Shown here in pieces: positions 1 to 12,800 of a stretch of 64,000 nucleotides of DNA. The stretch is from Eledone cirrhosa (Eukaryota): positions 97,960,001-98,024,000 of the forward strand of contig OZ024742.1 in the NCBI GenBank assembly GCA_964016885.1. Direction: 5' to 3'. Positions within the stretch are counted from its first letter, which is position 1, and each line of letters starts with the position of its first letter. The notes beneath the pieces were generated by a model. The model saw only the letters and a program-made list of their open reading frames with translations, was not told the origin of the DNA and did no database searches. The position numbers and the translations under genes are program-made.

Positions 1-1489
1 GTAAAGTGAGGGGGACAAGTAAACAACATAGAAGGATAAAAGCAAACCAAAGAAAGGAAAAAAACAAGCAACATGGTAGTCCTGGCCAGCATAAGCTGGG
101 TGGATTTCATGAGCGAAAGGTACAGACGTCCGACGTGAGTGAGATGTAAGCAAGAAGATACCCACTGTGAGCCAAACGGGAGGAAGTGAGAAGGGGAGAA
201 ACAGAGAATGAGTGAGTGGAAGTGCGAGGAAGCGGTCAGTCGAGAGAAAGTGTAACTGACAGAGGGGGCGAAAGAAGGTGAGAGAAACAGAGAGAACGGG
301 GAAGCAGTAAGAGAGAAACAGACAAACGCAGCCGAGGTAAATATATATAAAAAACATGAGAAGAAAGAAGAATACCTCGTGGTTGCACATGGGTTACATA
401 TGATAAAAATAGTCCTTCGTCAGTGATTTTCCAACCATCATTGGTATTTCATGGCATTACAAATCATATACCTCAAGTTGGTGCGAGCAATAACTAAAAA
501 ATGTTATTGGGACCAGTAAATCGCGTAAAGCGAGGGGGACAAGTGAACAACATAGAAAGATAAAAGCAAACCAAAGAAAGGAAAAAAAACAAGCAACATG
601 GTAGTCCTGGTCAGCATAAGCTGGGTGGATTTCATGAGCGAAAGGTACAGACGTCCGACGTGAGTGAGATGTAAGCAAGAAGAGACCCACTGTAAGCCAA
701 ACGAGAGGAAGTGAGAAGGGGAGAAACAGAGAGTGAGTGAGTGGATGTGCGAGGAAGCAGTCAGTCGAGAGAAAGTGTAACTGACAGAGGGGGCGAAAGA
801 AGGTGAGAGAAACAGTGAGAACGGGGAAGCAGTAAGAGAGAAACAGACAAACGCAGCCGAGGTAAATATATATAATAAACATGAGAAGAAAGAAGAATAC
901 TGCGTGGTTGCACATGGGTTACATATGATAAAAATAGTCCTTCGTCAGTGATTTTCCAACCATCATTGGTATTACATCGCATTAAAAATCATATACCTCA
1001 GGTCGGTGCGAGCAATAATTAAAAAAAGTTATTGGGACCAGTAAATCGCGTAAAGCGAGGGGGACAAGTAAACAACATAGAAGGATAAAAGCAAACCAAA
1101 GAAAGGAAAAAACAAGCAACATGGTAGTCCTGGTCAGCATAAGCTGGGTCGATTTCATGAGCGAAAGGTACAGATGTCCGACGTGAGTGAGATGTAAGCA
1201 AGAAGAGACCCACTGTGAGCCAAACGGGAGAAAATAGAATGAGTGAGTGTAAGTGCGAAGAAGCGGTCAGTCGAGAGAAAGTGTAACTGACAGAGGGGGC
1301 GAAACAAGGTGAGAGAAACAGAGAGAACGGGGAAGCAGTAAGAGAGAAACAGACAAACGCAGCCGAGGTAAATATATATAAAACACATGAGAAGGAAGAA
1401 GAATACTGCGAGGTTGCACATGGGTTACATATGATAAAAATAGTCCTTCGTCAGTGATTTTCCAACCGTCATTAGTATTTCATGGCATT
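1..1489. repeat. Tandem repeat, ~524-bp unit, ~2.8 copies (truncated by window start)
   Basis: Unit start GTAAAG(T/C)GAGGGGGACAAGT recurs at 1, 525 and 1050. Copies differ by scattered substitutions and indels. Non-coding; directly abuts the PLE fragment at ~1490. Confidence 0.93.
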
Positions 1490-3640
1490 AATAATTGAAT
1501 TTGATAATAATGATAAACTAGCAAATTTCCTTGATATATCCCTTAATCTAGATACCGGCCTATATTACCCATATCATAAGGATAACGTGAACTTAAATTA
1601 CGTTAACTTTAAATCTAACCGCCCTAATAATGTTAAAAGTGCTATAGTCGAAAGAATAATTTCTAATTTATCCTCTAATAGAGATATCTTCGAAGCTAAT
1701 GCCAATTATTATAATAATGCCCTATCTAGGGCTGATATCTAAACAAAATTAGGTATACTAAAGAACCTGACCTTGGCAGAGCTTATCATAACTCTAGTAA
1801 TGTAGCTAGTAATAATCATGCTGCTAACAAAAGGAGGAGACTTAGATATAAAAAATGTCCTTTGGTACAACGCTCCCTTCTCTCTTCGTTATTAATAATA
1901 TCCCTAAATTATTTTTTAGGGCATTACATAACAGCTTCCTTCCTTCACATATATATAGCAATATTTTCAATAGGCATACTATTAAATTCTCGTATTCTAC
2001 TACTTCGAACATTTCTAAAATTATCTCAATTCATAATTCTAAAATATTAAATAATAACTCATATGCATCCAACCATGAGAGTCATAATAACAGTATAATG
2101 TCCGACGTCACTGTAAACTCTAGGCAAAATAACACAAATATAAATACGACGTCAAATCTAACTTTCAGGAATGGATCAAATAGTAATGTAAATCTGGAAA
2201 CTTTGGCACCTCCTTTAGTTAATTCCAGCACTCCAGTTCCTAATATAATCAATCCTAGGCCATTTGCAAATAACTCTGTAAATAATCTTAATCGTAAATG
2301 CAACTGCCCTATTAGCACTAATTGTCCTCTTAGTAATTTATGTCTCGATCAAAACCTAGTATACGAATATAAAGTGGTAACTAGTACCAATACCTATACC
2401 TACATTGGCTCTACTTCTAACTCCTTTAAAGCAAAATTCTATAATCATTTTTCTACATTTATATCTCCACTTAAAAGGACCAGCAACGCACTCTCAGAAC
2501 TTATTTGGTCCTTAAAAGACAAAAACATAAATTACGAAATTTCTTGCCGTAAATTCTACCACGCATCTCCATACGCCAATGCTTTCATATCTAGTGTTTG
2601 TAATTTATGTCTAGTTGAAAAATTTACCATTATCTCGAATTTTAACACAATAATAAATCGAAGAACCGATTTATTTGGACTTTATAATCATAAATCCTAC
2701 ACGTCCTTTCACAATGTATATAGCTGATGTCATATAACATATTCCACGATTCACGGTTATCTTTACACATCTTTCATTATATTCTACAATGTATTAATTT
2801 GATTTTCTCATCATATATTAAGCCTTTGATCTTTTTTTCTATAGCCTTAAATTTTCGCTCAAACCTTCGTAGATTTTGTAAACAAATTATGACGTCATGT
2901 GTTTTTCTACGTTTATAAATCTTTCTAGCAATTTCCTTTATTTACTTGTTGTTTTAAAATAAAAATTAAATAGTATAACCCACATATATAGATTTTCACT
3001 AGAAATTATTAATTTTGACATAGATAGGCTATTTTTATTTTTAATTTATTTTATAAAAATCTTTTTTTTTTCTATATTCATTTTATTTTATTTTATTAAT
3101 ACGTTTTTACACTTCTTAATCCAATTTTCAGTATTAAAACCCAATATAAAATAATATATTTAGACCTCTAATATTTGAATACCGTCTATAATATTCGCAC
3201 ATACACCTCATCATTATACTTTTTAACCGTTATTTACAGCTGTTTTCATTTTAACAGTGTTCCTGATCAAAAGTCGCTCTCTCACTATTCTCTTTATTTT
3301 TTCTTCTTTTTTTTCCTTTCTTCTCTTTCTTTTTCCTTTTTCTCCTCTTCTTTCCTTTTCTTCTATTTTCCTATCTATTTATTACTATAGTATCATATGT
3401 AGACTTAGCACTTTCCTGTAAACAAGTGCTATTATGCCTCATATCATGTTACGTTATTTTATCTGATGAGAACACAATTTTTGTCCCAGGATGATTTTGT
3501 ATTCGAAATGCGCATAATAATATGGAACTCTTTTAACCATCTTTTAATTTCCTCCTTATTATATATATATATATATATAACCCGTATCGAGTCCTCTTCA
3601 CCATCCGTGACACGTTGGGTCAAATTCATTTAAAAGTAAT
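1490..3640 (+). mobile_element. 5'-truncated Penelope-like element (RT C-terminus, GIY-YIG endonuclease, 3' UTR, HHR-bearing pLTR)
   Basis: ORFs 1482-1742 (NFLDISLNL..YYPYHK..LNYVNFKSNRP) and 1855-2727 (CNC..CPL..C, LVYEY..YTYIGSTSNSFK..FYNH, CNLCLVEK) are typical PLE thumb/GIY-YIG. Frameshifted. HHR at 3453-3524, then (TA)n. Confidence 0.85.
3453..3524 (+). ncRNA. Type I hammerhead ribozyme (PLE pLTR)
   Basis: ttattttat-CTGATGA(3463)-gaacacaa...ttgtattc-GAAA(3505)-tgcgca-TA-ataatatg. Palindromic stem III (ATGCGCAT); predicted cleavage after 3516. Confidence 0.75.
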
Positions 3641-3786
3641 TTTCAAATAATTAAAATATACACAGGAATGTATATAATATAAAATGAAATTGGAATTCCC
3701 ACATATATATGTGTGTGTGTAAGTGTGTATATACATATATGTATATATATATATGTGCGTGCGTGTGTGCTTATATATATACATAT

Positions 3787-4770
3787 ATTGTTATACTTTG
3801 GGAGGGTGATGTTGCCAATAAGAAACACATGCACCAGTTGCTTTCACTCCAATTTATTATAAATTAAATTTATAAATTTAAGAAATTTGTAAATTTCTGG
3901 TTGGTTGGTTGGTTCCACAACCGGACGGTTGTTCATATATTGTCAAAGTTCTTTCGTCACACATTCTGTGACCTCTTCAGTGAGTTGGGATTATTTCCTT
4001 TGTTGTGTGCCTCTCCTTTGTTCTGTCCTACGCCATCTTATTTGTGTGTGTGTTGTGTGCTTAGTTTGAGCATGTGTTACATCCGGATGTCTGTGTGTGT
4101 TTTTATTTGTTTATTTATTTGTTTATTTACATGTTACTAGTTGGTTGTTTGTTCTATGTGTGTGTGTTTTTATTTTGTTCTTAATTGTAAGTTGTGATTT
4201 TGCTAGTCCATTCATGTTTTCTATTTAATTTTGGTTAGAGGTCATTTATGTTTATTGGCTCTGTGATTTGTCTAAACATTGCGTCTTCTCTGCGTGTAGA
4301 TTTTATTTTTATTTCTTGCCCTTATGTTCTATTTTCGCATGTTGGTGGAGTACTGATGATTCTTTTCTATCTTGAAGCTCTCGCCAGTGTTCATTTAATC
4401 GTTCTCCTCCACTACGAGCTGTCTCACCTATGTACACTATATTCTTATCTTTACATTCTCTATTTTACACGAAAAGAAGATGGCGTAGGACAGAACAAAG
4501 GAGAGGCACAAAACAAAGAAAATAATCCCCAGTCACTGTAGAGGTCACAGAATGTGTGACGAAAGAACTGTAACAATATATGTACAACCAACCAACCAAC
4601 CAGAAATTTACAAATTACTTAAATTCATAAATTTAATTTATAATAATTTGGAGTGAAAGCATTGGTGCGTGTGTTTCTTATTGGCAACATGTCCCTCCCA
4701 AAGTATAACAATATCGGTTTCACCACACGTCTTCTGATAAAGAATCTTGCTAAACAAATACAGAAACGAA
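3787..4770. mobile_element. Short PLE relic with inverted pLTRs (same family as 33043-36535)
   Basis: 3787-4040 is the reverse complement of 4480-4715. 4040-4430 is the minus-strand 3' UTR and GIY-YIG tail homologous to 35830-36240. HHR-like motifs at 3942-3984 (-) and 4532-4574 (+, core mutated to CTGTAGA). Flanked by (TA)n. Confidence 0.85.
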
Positions 4771-4804
<34 letters not shown>

Positions 4805-4806
<2 letters not shown>

Positions 4807-5232
4807 TTATTAAAATAACAGATTAAAGTTTAAGCAAAGAATCGCTGCTTTCACCCTTAACGGGATCTTCTGAAACTAACAAAGTCAATCTGTAAGTGGA
4901 TATTTCAAAAAACGTTGCAACTGGAGAAATACAGGAAGACGATACTTTGGTTCGTGGAAACGTTCCCTGGCAAAGAACGGGAAAAAACGAATATAATACG
5001 TCATTAATAGGAGCTGTGAAAAACAATTACACGCAAAGACAGAACCACGTTTATGGTATAAAATAAGTTGTAGACTAATGTTCTCTTATGTGGCTCATGG
5101 AGACGTTCTCTGGCAATGAACGAAAAAAACAGTGATAATACGTTTATATGTTGAGCGTGGAGAACCATTGCACGCAAATACAAAACCACGTAAATGGTAT
5201 AGCTGAAGTCGTAGACTAAAATTCTAACTAGG
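4805..5232 (-). mobile_element. Dispersed repeat (probable PLE terminal repeat); other copies at 28819-29165, 37700-37825, 26399-26436
   Basis: Shared sequence GTTAGTTTCAGAAGATCCCGTTAAGGGTGAAAGCAGCGATTC and/or AATAATAAATTTGAAGACTAAAATCCAAA. Each copy adjoins (TA)n; the 28.8-29.2 kb copy is internally inverted. Confidence 0.6.
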
Positions 5233-5265
<33 letters not shown>

Positions 5266-5503
5266 CGTGGGTGTTTGTAACCTATATAAACTGGTCACAG
5301 ATACACACTGTCATACACGCACGCACGCACCTTTAGAAACCCTTCCTATAAAGCAGGAAATATTCTAGAAACATATTCTATCCCAACACAAGTTACATGA
5401 TACAAATGACTTAATATTCAGTCACCAAATTCTAGTTAGATACAGTAATGCTCTATTAGATTCTTAGAAGTCACCTGTAATAATTTCATTAAATAATACC
5501 ACC

Positions 5504-5568
<65 letters not shown>

Positions 5569-5916
5569 ATTTCCTTCTATGTCTGCTTCTCTCTCACTCT
5601 CTCCCTCCCTCTCTCTCCTACTCTCTATGTCTCTCTTTCAATCCACACTCTCACAACCACTATCTCTTCTCTCTAACTTGATATCTCTCCATTTATGAAG
5701 CTGCCCTTAAAAGCCCAGTATCTCAAGAACGCGTGCTCCTATTGACGCGAAACTTGTTTTATTCCATTTGTATTCCCATTTCAGGGACAACTTCCTTTCA
5801 AAGTACTTTCACATTATGCGCCGTTTTGGCTGTATTAAATTAAAGACAAGCACACAATCAACATAGTTTTAGTAGTAGTAGTAGTATATATATATATATC
5901 AATTTTATATATATAT

Positions 5917-5999
<83 letters not shown>

Positions 6000-6609
6000 T
6001 GTGTATATGTGTGTGTGAGTGTAAGTGTGTGTGTGTGTGTGCGTATATGTGGTTTTGCAGTGAATTGCCTATATTAAAAAAAGGAAAACTACATTCACGA
6101 TGCGTGAAAGGATGAACTTGCAAGCACATATTTGATTTTCTGGTTTATTTAATTGAATCTTGACAATGACATGCCTACACACTTTTACTGCAGAGTAAGC
6201 AACAGTAGCAGAATTACGTCAGCCATTTTGCTAGTATGACGATGGTAGACGTCAATTCTTGTTAAAGAATAGATTTTCTGAATGGAAATTCTTTGTTGAT
6301 AGTATTTTGCGATATGGATTCAAATAACCAACGTTTTGAATTGAAAAGTTTCCATACGAATACTGCTACAGAATTCAAGATTATAGAACCGAAATGGTCT
6401 CACCGGCGCTATACTCGAAGATATTTGTCTAAATACTATGCAGTGATATCGAATTTTAAGTATGTCTTCCGATTGTGCTCAGCATTGCGGGGAATGAATA
6501 GTTTTTCCTTATTGTGGTTAAGGGGATTTCATTTAACAAAGAAATGAAGCGGTTATCTTCTTTGAAATAGATTTGTCGACTAGTATCTGAATGAATATAA
6601 AATCAAATA

Positions 6610-6830
6610 TTGGTTTCTAATTTAGGCACACTGCCAAAGATTTTGGGGAAGAGGAAAGCCGATTAAATCTGCACTAGTGCATTACTGTTACTTTATTTTA
6701 TTGACCCCGTAAGGATGAAAGGCAAAGTTCAAAATCAGAATGATTTGAACTCAGATCGAAATGGGACGTAAATCCTTGCCATAAAGCATGTAGTCCGACG
6801 CTCCACTGATACTGCTAATCCAGCACCATA
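6610..6830 (-). mobile_element. tRNA-derived SINE
   Basis: Same family as 52322-52498: TAGGCACA...TACTTTATTTTATTGACCCCGTAAGGATGAAAGGCAAAG...GATTTGAACTCAG. B-box-like GAGTTCAAATC on the minus strand. Confidence 0.75.
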
Positions 6831-7668
6831 TGAAATTAATTATTAAAGGATTTAAAGAATTAACTGTTTTTATTACGTGTCAATAGGTAGATATCACGAA
6901 CGTTTACGTTTTTAAATCATTCATACAATTTTAATGACTTAAAATCAAGGGATTTTAGGATGAGAAAATTTTCTCGGAAGTAAGACCTACTTTCTTTTGA
7001 AATCGTGACAAATCCCATTGTTAAAGATGACTGGTAGTGATTTGTGAATCTCTTTCAAAGCAGTAGTTACCTGGCTTGAAAAGGATTCTACACACACAGA
7101 GACCCCCCCATACACACACACAAACGCACGCACACACATGCACACGTACACACATATACACCCACACGCACACACACACATACACACACATATATATATT
7201 TGTATTAATATTACAATTTTTTAAATATATACGTTTAGAATGAAGGCGCTTGGCTTAACTTGTATGGTGTTAGGCACCTCAGTTCGATTCCTTGACCGGT
7301 TGGTATAGTATATTCTTGAGGAAGATGTTTCATTTTACGTTGCTTTTCATGATATGAGTGGACCCCTAAGATTTAAACACCCATAGAACATCCTACGGAA
7401 TACAAGCTTGAAGGAGTACAACAAATTCGCATGTATCTGTATCTGAAGAGCAAATTGTTTTTATATTTAAATACTAAATTATTGTGTGTAGATAGATACA
7501 TATATGCACACAGAAACACATACACACACTCCCACATAGGGACACATTTTCATATACACTCCCCTCACATATATGTAAACACTCCATTTTCAATACAATG
7601 TGTGCTCTTTAACTTGGCATATGAAGCTTATTTCATCAATTATACATAGATGTATACAAACACCGCAC

Positions 7669-7709
<41 letters not shown>

Positions 7710-7719
7710 TATACATATA

Positions 7720-7784
<65 letters not shown>

Positions 7785-7794
7785 ATTATATATA

Positions 7795-7874
<80 letters not shown>

Positions 7875-8328
7875 CGCCTATAAACGCATACATCATCACA
7901 CAGACACATAGATAGAATGGGAGATATCAATATATACAGAGATAAATTGACAGATATTGATATATAGATATAGATATACAACACGAAAACGGACAATTAA
8001 ACCTAAGCTATGAAATATTTGGTCTGTGAAACCAAAGTTTCTTGTTCATAATAGTTCATGAAAAATCTGCAGCAGTGTAATCTCAGAACTCATTTAGACT
8101 TAATATTTTCTAATCTGCTTGGACAAATTCTATGCATCCGTTTCCATCAATATTTCTTGCATCAGAAGTTTATCAATGTTCTCAGCGGCATATTGGACTG
8201 ACAAACAACGAAAGTAGCTTCAAGAAATTCAAGGGATTATTTTGGCAAAAATCCAGACAAGGCGTCATTCACAAAAGAAACCAATTATAGAGGAATATTA
8301 TTCTATAGAAATGTAGTATTATAAAGTG

Positions 8329-8399
<71 letters not shown>

Positions 8400-8506
8400 A
8401 GCTCACGTGTGCATGATTGTGTGGGTGTGTGGTGTAAATATGTATATCTATACGTATGTATATTTGTTCTACACATATACACACACACACACACACATCT
8501 ATATAT

Positions 8507-8612
<106 letters not shown>

Positions 8613-9103
8613 TATGTTAGTGTGTGTACAGAGCGAACGTTATGTCTATGCTCAAGTGTCTTTGATATTGTATATATGTTGCTAAAGGTGCAAGCATGGC
8701 TGTGTCGTATGGAATTTCACTCTACAAACAAATACTTGTGGCATTGAATTGATTAATATCTTGAAGCTAGTGCCCGAGCATGATCACAGTACAGTAATAT
8801 AAAACAGGAAAAAAAAGACAATAACTATACTGTTAGTTGAAAATTGAACGACATAGTATCACATTATAATTTTGACTTCGTAACATCTTAGTGGATTTGA
8901 AGCAAATCTGTCAACGAAGAGGATCCTTGTCTATTACACTTACGATGGATAGTCTCTAAGGGATATTTACTCATATTTAATCACTGTTAGTTCTATACAT
9001 TGAGTTGCGTTGGTGCCCTAGTGTCATTGTGGGCATTTTAAACCAATTCGTGGTCAGGAGAATGTGAATGAGGGAGTGAGAGCGAGGTTGTCCGAGGGAG
9101 ACA

Positions 9104-9173
<70 letters not shown>

Positions 9174-9515
9174 GAGAGAGAGAGGGGGGAAGAGAATGAG
9201 AGTGTTTGATAGAGAAGTAGTGATAAAGATATATACATATATTTAAGGCGTCTTCGTTTCTCTCTCTTTCACACACGTCCCCTCTCTATCTCTTATCTGG
9301 AAGATATCTGTGTACAGCCCCACTAAGTGTTACGTGTCTATGTAAGACATGGTTAGTTAGTTCCTTAGACCAACTCTACGATTGATGTTGCTAATTCTCA
9401 ACATGAATCTGAAAGACTTCAAGAAATCCATGTCAAGAGAGAGACATCCACGTTGTAGCAGTTCTGATGAAAGCAAAAACGCATTTCATGAAGGATGGAA
9501 AATAATACGCATTAC

Positions 9516-9760
9516 GTTTCATATGACAAAGGGACATATGGGGTTCGATTAGGAATGTGTGGTAGTAGTATGCTGCTGGTTAGTCCAGCGGTTGTTGACG
9601 CTGTAAGAGAAGACGAAGTGTGAGGAGACTCACATGACTGCAATCCAGTGGTTGTTTTGATACTGCCATGATTGATCAGATGAAGGAAAATAAAACCGCA
9701 AATTATTATCGTCCATGTCATATCATTGTATTGACCAGGAAGGAAAACATGGATTCGATT
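9516..9760 (-). CDS. Candidate host exon (hydrophobic stretch followed by Ser/Thr-rich segment)
   Basis: Minus strand: gttgctgtttag|AATCGA...TATGAAAC|gtaatg. Frame open throughout (NRIHVFLPGQYNDMTWTIIICGFIFLHLINHGSIKTTTG...). No recognisable domain. Confidence 0.3.
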
Positions 9761-10169
9761 CTAAACAGCAACTTATATTTTGATTAAATACTTACAACTT
9801 CAAAGCAGCGAATTACCATTGAGGTTAGAATATCGGTTAAAATGAATCATAGTATTCGGTCCTGTCCTCTGCATTCTGATATCAAATCCCACTGACGCCC
9901 TCTTAGCTCTTCATTATTTCAAAGTTTAGTACAGGTAGCGAGTCTTGCCCTATATTTCTATTTTCAATTTCTCTCTCTTATTCTCTCTCTCTCATTTTAT
10001 TTCTCTATTGCTCTCTCTCTCCACTTCTCTGTGATATACCGGAGTGTTTAGACCCCGATAATGATAAGCTTTTCCAGGTTTAAGATGCTCAAGACATGCC
10101 TTATTTCACACCAACTCTCCTACGACTCCATCCAGAAGTTACGGGGCCATACATACAAACATACACACA

Positions 10170-10633
10170 AGGACACACAAACACACACACACACATACAT
10201 ACATACGTACATACATGTCGATTGCTACTTCTAGTCAGAAGAGTGCCATCCCTTCATTGAAAATTACACAAACATGTGCACGCAGGTGATTTTTCAGACG
10301 AGCGTTTGTTTTGCAAGCAAGTTGACATATGTGATACTCGAACTGTCTGTCTCCTGGCATTACCGGCTGGGATGTGTTTTCATGCACTTTACCATGTCTC
10401 GTCAGTCCACCAGTTGACTTACAAATTAAGCCACACCCTTTGAAAATGGACCGTAGAGGGTGTGGTGGTAGGACCATCACCCAAGTCGTTCGATTTCTCC
10501 TTGGCTCATGTGACTTCAGATGATTGACGAATCCAGCTCTTGATAGAAGAAATCGCCCGCATATAATGCACCTCAATTCCTGCTGATTATTTTTAGGAGC
10601 TGCAATTGGGTCTTGCTTGCGGACATCACACAC
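10170..10633 (-). mobile_element. 3' end of a non-LTR retrotransposon (RTE/CR1-like) with C-terminal C2H2 zinc fingers and microsatellite tail
   Basis: ORF 10235-10633 contains CxxCGR..SRAGFVNHLKSH, CGLICKSTGGLTRHGKVH and CQLACKTNARLKNHLRAH. Its stop is followed within ~20 bp by a (TATG)n/(TG)n tail. Confidence 0.55.
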
Positions 10634-11727
10634 CTACTTGATGATCACCCTTCATAATATACGGCCTCCTGCCTTGAAAGCGCTGCCCAGTCACAAAACC
10701 CACCGCCCAAGCCAGTTACTATTCTGAAAACTGCAAACGACGTTAAATAACCCTTAAAACACCAGGGTGTAGATTAGGAACTGTACACCTCCAACTTACT
10801 AGGTGTCACTGCTAGATGTCACTGCTTCCCCATCACCGCAAGAGTTTGAGAGATATCGGCAGAAGGATATCAAAGCACCAAGTGCTACACACATGTATCT
10901 CCCTAAGTATCAACAGCCAGAATCCAATGACTAGCAGATGCAAGATGTTTGACAGCTTTGTCAACCACAAGTTTTCTATATTGTTCTTCTCGTAGGAAAA
11001 AATAAATTCGGTAGCTGTTTCCAACCGCAAGTTTTTACAGATAAATGAATATATAAGATAAATGAATGAGGAATATGAAATTAATTATATAAATCTTTAA
11101 AAGCTTTTTTAAATGTTTTACTTATATATACATGTGCATCTCACAGATGCTCGCGCGCAAGTAATCCCACACCCACACATACATACATATTTAGACACCC
11201 GCATAGTAAGTATATATCTACACATTATTGGATGGTCATTGAATCTCATAAGTTCTTCCACACTTTGTCAAGTTTGGTTTCTCACCCCGCAGGTTGTCTT
11301 AAATATCCCTCCTCGCCAAGCAAGCTTGATGGTGCAGACAGCTCAACCATACGAATGGTTATACTGGGTTAAATGTTACTAGTGGCAATCAAATATATAC
11401 ATGCATACTTACATACATACATACACAAATACATACATATACTCATACTCATAAACGTACACTTGTCACCTGGGTTCAATATTCTAGACATGTACCTTTT
11501 TAACAACCTAACCTTTAAATTACTTAATATCTTAATACATCAAATGCCGCATGTTAACATATTTAGTACATGGATTCTGTTCTGTACATAAACTGTACAA
11601 GATTTAAGGAAATCTGCGAGAAATGTTTATGTACAAACACATATTCATAAATATGCTAACATGTATTTAAATGTATTTGAAAGAACAGTGCTTGAGAGAG
11701 TACATTCCACTACACTTCAACTCCGTT

Positions 11728-12185
11728 TCCTTACGGCTGTGACTCAGCACGTATAGGAGTTACGTCCCTTTGCGACGGGCGTGACTCCCAGCGGCAGATT
11801 CATGTACTAAACGGAGTTGCGTCCCCCTGGGGACTATATAGTCGAGGACAATCAAGGCATAAGACACACTCTACTCCTGAACTTCGAAGGGACAAGAACA
11901 CCTGAGATCTTGTCAAGAGATGACTCCTGTTTCACTTCCTTCGCACCCAAGAAGAAGCACACCAGCAGCCTAAAGAAACACTTGAACCTTACCAAGAGAA
12001 CATTTTCTGTTTTCTTCCACACACTCCAGTCTGGGAGTTGTGACCACCTGAATATCAACATGTGGTAACAATTATTTATATCAATTTATTTGACTTCTGT
12101 GAAGTAAAACCATGTCAAAACTCTCACCTGCATTTATTGTCATGTCTTATAATACATGTATGTAGACTGATACTAATTTCCTAAA
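11728..12185 (+). repeat. 5' LTR (first ~9 bp missing or diverged)
   Basis: Direct repeat of 14907-15362; followed immediately by the PBS. Confidence 0.9.
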
Positions 12186-12186
12186 T

Positions 12187-12202
12187 TGGTGACCCCGACG
12201 TG
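12187..12202 (+). promoter_or_regulatory. Primer-binding site complementary to tRNA-Trp
   Basis: TGGTGACCCCGACGTG is complementary to the 3' end of metazoan tRNA-Trp (...CACGUCGGGGUCACCA). Confidence 0.85.
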
Positions 12203-12225
12203 CTATGGAGATCGACTTTGGTCGT

Positions 12226-12800
12226 TTAGCTGCAGACCAACCTGCACTCCAACGATTGGAGTGCAGGTTGGTCTGCAGCTAAACTACCTAAGTCGATCTC
12301 CTGGGATGACGAGATGGAGCTGATTGGCAAACGTGACAATGCGTCTGCAGCTATTTTATGCGAGCCAGCAATGTGCTGGATATCATTTGTAAATTGTGAA
12401 ACGTAGTCCAGGTGCCTTGTCTCTCTGGGCGAATATCTGTCGGCTTTAGCCCTCAAAGCGAAGGTCAGAGGTTTGTGGTCGGTTAAAACTGTAAAATTTC
12501 TCACCTCAAGAATATGAGAGAAATGTTTCACCGACAGATATATGGATAATAATTCCCGCCCAAACGTGCTGTAACGCGTTTCTGTTGGTTTCAGCTTCCT
12601 CGAGAAAAATGCCAAAGGTTGTTGGTTTCCAGAGTTGAACTGCTGTAAAACTGCTCCCACAGCGGTATCAGATGCATCAACACAAAGCGAAAGTTTGGCC
12701 TCTGGTACCGGGTGGGCGAGCAAAGATGAACTAGCGAGTGCTGTCTTGGCAGTCTGAAAGTCTTGAAGCTGTCCTTGTGTCAAGGAAATTTCCTCATTGT
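12226..12800 (-). pseudogene. Inverted duplicate of the Gypsy RNase H domain
   Basis: ORF 12226-12783 ([41 protein letters not shown]) is nearly identical to the forward copy at 12870-13400. Confidence 0.92.

Noticed and set aside
8040-8290. Possible Tc1/mariner transposase remnant (NPLNF resembling NPLDF on the minus strand)
   Set aside because: Too degenerate; no TIRs or other motifs identifiable by eye.
9455-9500. CTGATGA at 9463 (similar isolated heptamers at 7443, 17009, 42911 and on the minus strand near 54709)
   Set aside because: No correctly positioned GAAA with paired stems II and III; expected by chance.
10235-10633. Host C2H2 zinc-finger transcription factor
   Set aside because: Fingers lack TGEKP linkers, are partly degenerate, and are followed at once by a microsatellite tail, which fits a LINE 3' end better.
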